A DNA stretch of 64,000 nucleotides from Callorhinchus milii (lineage: Eukaryota). The position numbers and the translations under genes were made by a program. Position 1 is the first letter of the stretch. Each line of letters starts with the position of its first letter. Positions 56,250 to 64,000 of this stretch are shown here, one piece after another. Below the pieces are notes generated by a model. It saw nothing but the letters and a program-made list of their open reading frames with translations, was not told the origin of the DNA and searched no databases. The stretch is from contig NW_024704742.1 of NCBI RefSeq assembly GCF_018977255.1, positions 96,722,001 to 96,786,000 of the forward strand, given 5' to 3'.

Positions 56250-56615
56250 ATCACAGTCTAAGATGACATTCCAATGCAATGCTGAGACACCACTGCATTG
56301 TAAGTAATGCCATCCTTTGGATCAGACATTAAAGCAAGGCCCTGCCTGCCTGTTCAGCTGAACGTTAAAGATCCCACAGCACTATTTCAAAAGATAAGGG
56401 CGTTCGTCCCACTGTCCCAGCCAACAATCCCCCATATAAAATTGGTCATTCACTGTATTGTTGTTTGTGGAACATTGCTGTGTGCAAATTGGCTGCCACA
56501 TTCAACTACAAAATACACAGTGACTACACTTTACAGTAAATCCTGTGAAGCGCTTTGAGACATCCTCCTGACGTGAAAGGCATTATATCAAATACAACAA
56601 TTATTTTATTTTATT
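56250..56615 (+). mobile_element. Deu-domain SINE
   Basis: gttaaagatcccacagcactatttc core; tgtgtgcaaattggctgcc; L2-like tail. Confidence 0.8.
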
Positions 56616-56923
56616 ACTTATTGTAGTTATAAGACAGTGATAACAGCAGGCATTGAGTTGTAATTAATAGTAGGGCTGCTATGAATCTTATCTGTAAAAA
56701 GATTTGATACAAATTTCTTCTCTCCAATGATTTGGTAGATAATAATAATAATCTTTGCATTTGGTATAGCACCAGGAGGATGTGTCAAGGTGCTTCACAG
56801 GAATTACTGTAAGGTGTTCTGACTGTAATTTGTAGGCGAATGATAATGAGAGTAAGGAGTGTGTCAGCTAGCAAAGCAAAAACATGGGAGGATGTCTATT
56901 TTGCCCTCTTTTGCATCATCCAA

Positions 56924-57357
56924 ATTATAGAGCGCCTTTCACATCGGGAGGAAGTCCCAAAGCGCTGAACAGTCAGGTGTCGGGGCCCGAGCATGGGGGA
57001 GGGGTGGTGTAGGGGTGAGGGAAAGCAGAGAGGTGGGAGGGCGACCAAAGGCACTGTCGAAGAGAAGGGTCTTGAGACCGGCCTTGAAGGAGGCAAGGGA
57101 GGAAGCGAGGCGAAGCGACCATGGGATGGAGTTCCAGAGTGTGGGGGCAGAGAGACTGAAAGCCCAGCCACCGATGGTCGGGCGGGTCGGGCGAGAGACA
57201 TGGAGCAGGCCGGAGCCCGATGAACGGAGGGAGCGGGCAGGTTGTTAGGGAGTCAGCAGGTCAGAGAGGTAGGAGGGGGCAAGGCCATGGATGGCCTTAA
57301 AGATGAGGACGAGGATCTTGAACTCGATCCTCTGGGGGATGGAGAGCCAGTGGAGTA
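56924..57357 (-). mobile_element. L2 3' fragment (variant subfamily, repeat tail missing)
   Basis: [34 protein letters not shown]; 3' stem-loop. Confidence 0.9.
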
Positions 57358-58290
57358 GGAGGCGGGGAGGGCGGAGAGAGAGAAGGACAAAGCGGGAGAG
57401 TTGCAGGGAGGGGGGCATTTTGAGGGAGGGCCAGCTCGGGTCAGGGGCGGCAGCCAAGATGCGCACGCTGGGACAAGAGGCGACGGGTTTAGCAGGACAT
57501 TGTCAGGCTGTAGGAGGCTGAGGGGGCTAGAGTTGGCGCAGAGTGGGGAGGGCACTCATTGTGGTTAGCAACGAGCAGCCTGCAGCGAAAGGACAGGGCA
57601 GACAGATAGACAGATAGAGGGAAGGAAGGAGGGAGGGAGGGAGGGAGACAGACACTGGTACAGGCTGTCCTGTACTATACTAGTAGCTGCTACCAGTGAT
57701 TCAAGAATGGTGTACAAACAGGAGCTAGTACAAAATCAAGCATATCAAAAAAAGTTTGCTGGACAAATGTGCCGAACAGTTCTGGATTTTTGACATCGTA
57801 GGCAATTTGCTTTCAGCAGCACGGCACATGATTACATTTGTAACCTGCAAATTAATATGCAAAGAAGCTAAGGTGCACTGATACTGCAAACAGTTAATTA
57901 AAATAGACATAAATGGCTCGACAATTAAAGAGAATTATAATGTGTATTATGTTTACGGAACGCAGAACTACTAACAACAAGCAATCAGTCAGTTGCAATC
58001 GCATATTATAAATTTATAATCCTAATAAACAGCTGTTTATTCTTTAATTATTTTAAAGTAAACATAATTAGGACAAATAGACTTATTGATGTCAAATGCA
58101 AATTTTTAATTCACATCATTTTCTGAGATGAAAACAGAGAGATTTTTAGCCAGCAGTTTAAGAATTGAAATAATCCTTTCCTCATTTTTTATGGGTTAGG
58201 ATAAAAAGTATTTTTATTAAAAGGAAAACGCTGGCATTTTCGTCTTCAGTGTTGTCATCACACAAGTACGAGACTTTCTAATAACATGTA

Positions 58291-59615
58291 CAACAACAAC
58301 AAGATTCCATTTATTGAGCGCCTTTCACGTCGAGAGGACGTCCCAAGGCGCTGTACAGTTGGGTCAGGACCCGAGCAAGGGGGAAATGGTCAGGGGGAGG
58401 GGAGGGAAGGGAGGGAGCGAGGAGGGGGTAGAGAGTCGAGAGGGGAGCTGAAGGCACGGTCAAAGAGAAAGGTCTTGAGACCGGCCTTGAAGGAGGAAAG
58501 GGAGGAGGCAATGCGAAGGCACTGGGGGATGGAGTTCCAGAGCCTAGGGGCTGAGAGGCTGAAGGCCCGGCCACCGATGGTAGGGCGGTTGGGGCGGGGG
58601 GTGTGGAGCAGACCGGAGCCAGAGGAACGGAGGGTATGGGCAGGTAGGTAGGGGGATAGTAGGTCAGAGAGGTAGGAGGGAGCAAAGCCGTGAATGGCCT
58701 TCTAGGTGAGGATGAGGATCTTGAATTCGATCCTCTGGGGGATGGGGAGCCAGTGGAGGTGAGCGAGGGTGGGAGTGATGTGGTCCTGGTGCGGGACAGT
58801 ACACGAGCTGCAGAGTTCTGAATGACCTGCAGTGTGGAGGGAGGTGCCGGGAAGGCCGGCGAGGAGAGAGTTCCCATAGTCCAGCCTTGAGGTGATAAAG
58901 GCGTGGACCAGAGTTTCAGCAGCGTGAGGGATGAGGTAGTGCCGTAGTCTGGCGATATTCCGGAGGTGATGGAAGGCGGTGCCAGTTGTGGCGCGGATAT
59001 GAGGGAGAAAGGACAGCTCAGGGTCGAACAGAACCCCGAGGTTCCTGACTGGCTTTGAGAGGTGGAGAGTGCAGCCTTGGATGCTGATGCTGTCAGCGCC
59101 TGAGGTGCGGAGGCGCTGACGCGAACCAATCAGGAGGGCCTCAGTTTTACGCACGTTGAGCTGAAGAAAGTTATCTCTCGTCCAGGACTCGATGTCGAAC
59201 AGGCAGGCTGTCAGGACATCGGTGGTCGTGGAGTTGAGGGTAGAGGAGGAAAGGTAGAGTTGGGTGTCATCCACATACATGTGGAAGTTAACCCCATGTC
59301 TGCGGATGATGTCACCAAGGGGGAGCATATAGAGGGTGAAGAGGAGGGGACCGAGGACAGAGCCTAAGGGACACCGCACGAGACAGTGCGGGGGCCGGAG
59401 GAAAAACCATTCATGGAAACAAAGTGATGACGGTGGGAGAGGTACAACCTAAACCACTCAAGGACAGGGCCTTGAAGGTTGAGATGGGAGGACAAGCGGT
59501 GGAGGAGGATAGCATGGTCGACCGTATCGAATGCTGCCAATAGGTCGAGGTGGACGAGGAGGCAGAGGGAGCCCTGGTCACAGATGGTCAGGATGTCATT
59601 GGTGACCTTGACCAT
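58291..59615 (-). mobile_element. 5'-truncated L2-clade LINE with frameshifted reverse transcriptase (longest copy)
   Basis: Motifs [58 protein letters not shown]; 3' stem-loop and (TTG)n tail; catgta at both ends (58285-58290 and 59613-59618). Confidence 0.95.
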
Positions 59616-60255
59616 GTAAATATGAAAGTAGAAATAAGATTTAAATCCAAAGTAATTATTTGATGACATTGGTTGCCTTTAAATTCAATAGTTTTCTGAT
59701 TCTCTCTCCCTCATTTTACACAATTAATCGGCACAAATTGAGCCAAATTTTCAAGTTAAAGGAATATTAGTTTAGGAATGGCATCTAGGGTTATATGAAA
59801 GAATACAAACAGAGATAAACAGAAAATGGACTCTAATTTATGAGATATGTAAACCATAGAACCTTACATCATTGAAGAAGACCATTTAGCTTATCATGTC
59901 TGTGCTGGCTCTTCAAAAGAGCAATCCATTTAGAAGTATTTACTTGCATTTTCCCATACCCTTCAAGTTACTCCTTTTTGAGATATCAATCTAGTTACCT
60001 CTTCAAATTGTTTGTGTAGAAGGAATTCCAGGTACCTGTAACAACAACTAATGAAAGGGATTCTATATATTGTTAATTACATAATAATCCATATGTACAT
60101 GTAGTTTACACGTGGTTTACACATGTTCAAAATAGACCCCACTATCTGCTACACAATAGTTGCCTCTTCCTGGGACCTTATCAAGTCAAATAAGGCATCT
60201 AACCTAGGATGGATAATGTCTAAGATTAATAAATATTGAGTTTTACTTCAGTTAC

Positions 60256-60338
60256 CTTTGAGGTAGAGAGAGAATCTTTGCAAAATCTTTCCTCAGAAGA
60301 CGAAATGGGAGCGGATAGTCCATGACAGTATAGGTTTT
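60256..60338 (-). CDS. Candidate 83-nt internal exon (KTYTVMDYPLPFRLLRKDFAKILSLPQ + 2 nt), unknown protein
   Basis: Minus strand shows pyrimidine-rich acceptor tttgttctttccacatcccacAG and donor aag|GTaact. Unique sequence. Phase-compatible with the exon starting at 30223. A second frame is also open, so the frame is not certain. Confidence 0.4.
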
Positions 60339-61011
60339 CTGTGGGATGTGGAAAGAACAAACGTAATGTTCTATTCCTTCTTGTGTTATGATGTGGTCGG
60401 ATGGTTAAGCCCTGCGATTCTGCACACAGAATATCAAATCACAGGCGTGGCTTGGCTTACCCATAATGGATAGCCTCACAGACAGGTAGCACCTAGCTAT
60501 TCCTGGCAATTTCAGTGCTTTTACTGAGCATCCTTTGTGTCTAGGGAAGAATATGAAAGGGAAGACTGTTTCAAACACAGGCATTAATAATACCCTAGCA
60601 GATACATCGAAGAAGATCAGTGATCACTGGCTAATGCATAATTGCATTTCCATTCCATGGCAGCAAAGAGTTCTAAAACTGGAATAATCAGATAGCTTCT
60701 TTATCCTGTTCACCTGCCTCTTGAAAGAAAAAGGTACATTTCAGTTTAATTACAAGAAGGTCCAAGGATGGTCCACTTACTCAGAAGCTATATTTCCCAA
60801 TTATTTTGTTTTGATTTTTTTACTGATGTCAAATTGCCTAAAATTGACATGATGTCATGATGACATGATTGAGCAAGAGCATTGTCAATCTAACATTGAT
60901 ATTGCAAACCACCTGCTTTTTCTTTTTCTCTCTATCAATATTTCTCTTCTCCCTTCCTAAGGGCATCTGACTTAGTTTTATTTCTACTGGTGTATGGTCA
61001 TCCCCTACTGT

Positions 61012-61424
61012 GGAGTCCTGTAGCTCAATGGTCACAACACTCACCTCGCAAGCGACAGCACCTGGGTTTGATTCCTGGCAGGGTGAATTGTCGGACAAGT
61101 TTCCTTACTCCACACGTATCTGTTTACCTAGCAGTAAGTAGGAATCTGGTTAGTTATTCGATTGGCAGATCGCTTTTCTGGGGATAATAATCCCTTCAAA
61201 AAATAAATAATAATAATTCAATCCACAACTGTTTATGGGAGAGTGCTGTCGCGTTCGCCCACAAATATGCAGTCAATTCACTTTACAGTGTCTTCTGTGA
61301 AGCGCTTTGGGACGTCCTCCCGACGTGAAAAGCGCTATATCAAATGCAAGGATTATTATTATTATTATTCTTTGAGACGGACAGAAGACGTGATAAGGCA
61401 TTATATCAAATGCAAGGATTATTA
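61012..61424 (+). mobile_element. Full-length SINE2-1_CM-like SINE with a tandem second tail
   Basis: A and B boxes, body, tail to 61369, second tail at 61370-61424. Confidence 0.9.
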
Positions 61425-61427
61425 CTG

Positions 61428-61690
61428 GGCTCCAGTTACCCACTAAGTACCCCGCCCAAGTGCCCACTTTACAGTGAGTGTTGGCAGGCTATTCAACTGC
61501 ATGAGGTTTTACAGTTGAGCCTAATCTTGATCTCATCTAATGTTCACACGTGTGTACTTTCCAACATGGGTCTCAATATAGTAATCAGGATTAGAGGCCG
61601 TTTCCCTCTCCCTAATGCAGGGGTGCCAAGTATTGCCTTAATTGCTGGCCAAACTGAGATCAGCTAACTCAGCACAAACCAAGGTTTCTC
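61428..61690 (-). mobile_element. LF-SINE-like element
   Basis: Reverse complement: tgtgctgagttagctgatctcag, gttgaatagcctgccaacactcactgt, cacttgggcggggtact, colinear with the LF-SINE consensus as recalled. Confidence 0.72.
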
Positions 61691-63716
61691 TGAAGGTCAG
61701 CAGATATATGGGCCAGTGGGGAAAAAGATAATCTCCAGAATCACCTCAAGGGGTATAGGTCTAGCCAGACTCAGAGTAAAGCACAATAGTAGAATGGAGT
61801 CATGTTAGCCTTCACCGGAGCAGCTGCTGGGATCACTCATTCCTCTGCAGTTCCTTACATTCCTCAAACATGATTTGTTTATTAAAATGTTCGTGATACT
61901 GATTTGGATCTCTTCTGTACAATTTTTCCATTATCTGGTTGCACTAGAATTTGTGCTCTACATCATATCTATCCCAGCAATTGTATGAGAGTGCATGCAA
62001 CAATTGCAATATTTTGCAAAACAAAACTGAACCCATTTGTCCCTTCAAAACATCACCCAAGCACAGCACAAAATCTAGATTTCAATGGAACTAAAATGGA
62101 AAGCAATTCTGCAAATGACTTTAGCAAACTTTGCATGACACCAGATCTTCTGTGAAGTCAAGTGCTTGCCTTACAACTATTCACCCTAGCTCAGGGATTG
62201 AATTTGTGATGTTTCTTCAAGGGATTCTTTATTGAGGATTTCAGTTAGAATGAAATAGTTAAATAGAACATGTCAAGAGTTCATTGCTCTCAAGTTGTCA
62301 GCAAAAGGAATTCCATTAGTGTGATTCAGATTTCTTATTAAAAAAACAACAACTTGTATTTATATAGCTCCCCAGAGCACTTGAAATACTGCAAATCATA
62401 CCCCAAAATGACTAAATGGACACCTCCCCCCCGACAAAAGGCTTGCAGCATTAAATATTAAATAAAATCACTTACCGCACCTTCCATCTACCATTTTGCT
62501 TTCTTTCTTCAGAGCAGAATGCTCAAAACGTTAAATGAGGCTTGGCCTTCATCTGCATGTGATTAGCACGGCCACATCAGTAATTTGCAATGATAAGGCT
62601 AATTGGATAATGTGATTAGCATTGAGCAAAAGTGGAAGACAATTGGCTTTCAAGACATCAAAATGATGCTCTGCCATCACAATTGTACCACTGAAGCCAC
62701 AATGTTACCTCTGATTTTTCTGTTTTCTTTCAACCCAATACTACAGGGAACATTCGTCAAGACGCCCCTGGTATTTGAGGAGGTATGTCAAGCAGATTAT
62801 GTTTTTTTTTAAATTTCTGACTGGTTTGCAGGAATTGTATACAGTCTGTCAGTTTGTTTTTCAATTTACCAGCAAGCGCTATAAGTGACATGAATGATGG
62901 AAAGAATAAAAACTATCACACAGGGGAATTCATTGAAATGTAAAATTCATAGTCACAGTGAAGGAGGATTCTGCCTATTGCTATGTTTTATTATACAGTA
63001 TTCACTTAATGGGTTATTTATATTTTACTGTATTAAAGTATTGATGGTCCTATTCCTAAATCAATACAGAGATTTATTCAAAATAAAGTTAACAGCCCTG
63101 AAATTGATAGTGGCTGAGTTGTCCATTGTAGTGAATTTCTGTTCAACGGCTGCTATTTTGGCCTGGTTGTATATCCCAACTGCAAAATGTTACACAATTT
63201 TGACCTGCATATTGTCCTGAGATCCTCGAACAAATGCACCATTATTATTACTTTTTTTTGTGTGAGGGGTTTACATGAAGAAACAGATATAATATATTTC
63301 ATTAAAAAAACCTCTTAGTAAAGCATATAGAAATATACATTTACAATGTACAGTACATTACTATACTTTGCTTTCTCTTCTGAATGCGTGTATCCATTTT
63401 AGCAATTTCAGAGAGACAGTAGTTAGTAATGAAACCTCGACTGAGATTTGGAAACCCCGTTATGACCAAAGCTTAAAATAAAACATGCAGCACGCAGTCC
63501 TCAAATATGATTTTTTGGGGAAATTTAATTCAGATTACATTCTTTATCACATTAATTATTTTAACTGTTAATAGTTAAACAGTTAAACACTCTAGAGGGT
63601 AGCAAAACTGTTTTTGAAAAAAATGGCAATCTAAGGCATTAGCTCACTAGATACTGACAGATGGTAGCAGTTTGACATCTAGGTCATAATGTTTCAGGTT
63701 TCAGCATTACACGAAA

Positions 63717-63975
63717 GTGGCCTTCAGCCTCTCTGCCCCCACTCTTTGGAACTCCATCCCGCATTCCCTTCACCTCGCTCCCTTCCTTGCCTCCTTCAAG
63801 GCAAGGCTCAAGACCCTCCTCTTCGACTGTGCCTTTGGCCACCCCCCTATCCTCCTTGCCTTCTACCCTCCCTGATCCTAACTCCCCCGCAGCTCGGGTC
63901 CAAATCCCTGACTGTCCAGCGACTTGAGACATCCTCCTGACGTGAAAGGCGCTATACAAATGTAATATTGTATTG
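63717..63975 (+). mobile_element. L2 3' fragment
   Basis: gccttcagcctctctgcccc...ctcaagaccctcctcttcgac...gacgtgaaaggcgctatacaaatg. Confidence 0.88.
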
Positions 63976-64000
63976 TATTTTAAGTGAAGTACTAAGGAAG

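Noticed and set aside
61012..61085. tRNA-like sequences (also 3448-3520, 45612-45675)
   Set aside because: They are SINE heads that run directly into SINE bodies and tails; the cloverleaf is degenerate.
1..64000. CRISPR array, rRNA or prokaryotic operon
   Set aside because: There are no regularly spaced direct repeats with unique spacers and no dense coding; the recurring motifs are dispersed SINE/LINE tails.

Overview
Eukaryotic, AT-rich (~40% GC), repeat-rich intronic or intergenic DNA. The repeat repertoire points to a cartilaginous fish, probably a chimaera such as Callorhinchus (inference). It includes 5'-truncated L2-clade LINEs with (TTG)n tails, a tRNA-headed SINE sharing the L2 3' stem-loop, older Deu-domain SINEs, LF-SINE-like copies, HER1/CR1 tails and decayed L1 fragments. 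Most long ORFs in the track are sense or antisense readings of L2 fragments. No complete gene, rRNA, true tRNA or CRISPR array is supported. Best non-repeat candidates: (1) a possible minus-strand spliced gene whose 83-nt exon (60338-60256) joins in frame across ~30 kb to a terminal exon (30223-29962), product unrecognised; (2) several repeat-free, motif-dense blocks resembling conserved non-coding enhancers, plus CTCF sites; (3) a perfect 44-bp inverted repeat 1 kb apart; (4) an unnamed TIR-like repeat family and an AT-rich foldback family; (5) an L2 3' end fused to a CpG-rich head. Repeat boundaries are approximate, and family names are from memory, not database searches.
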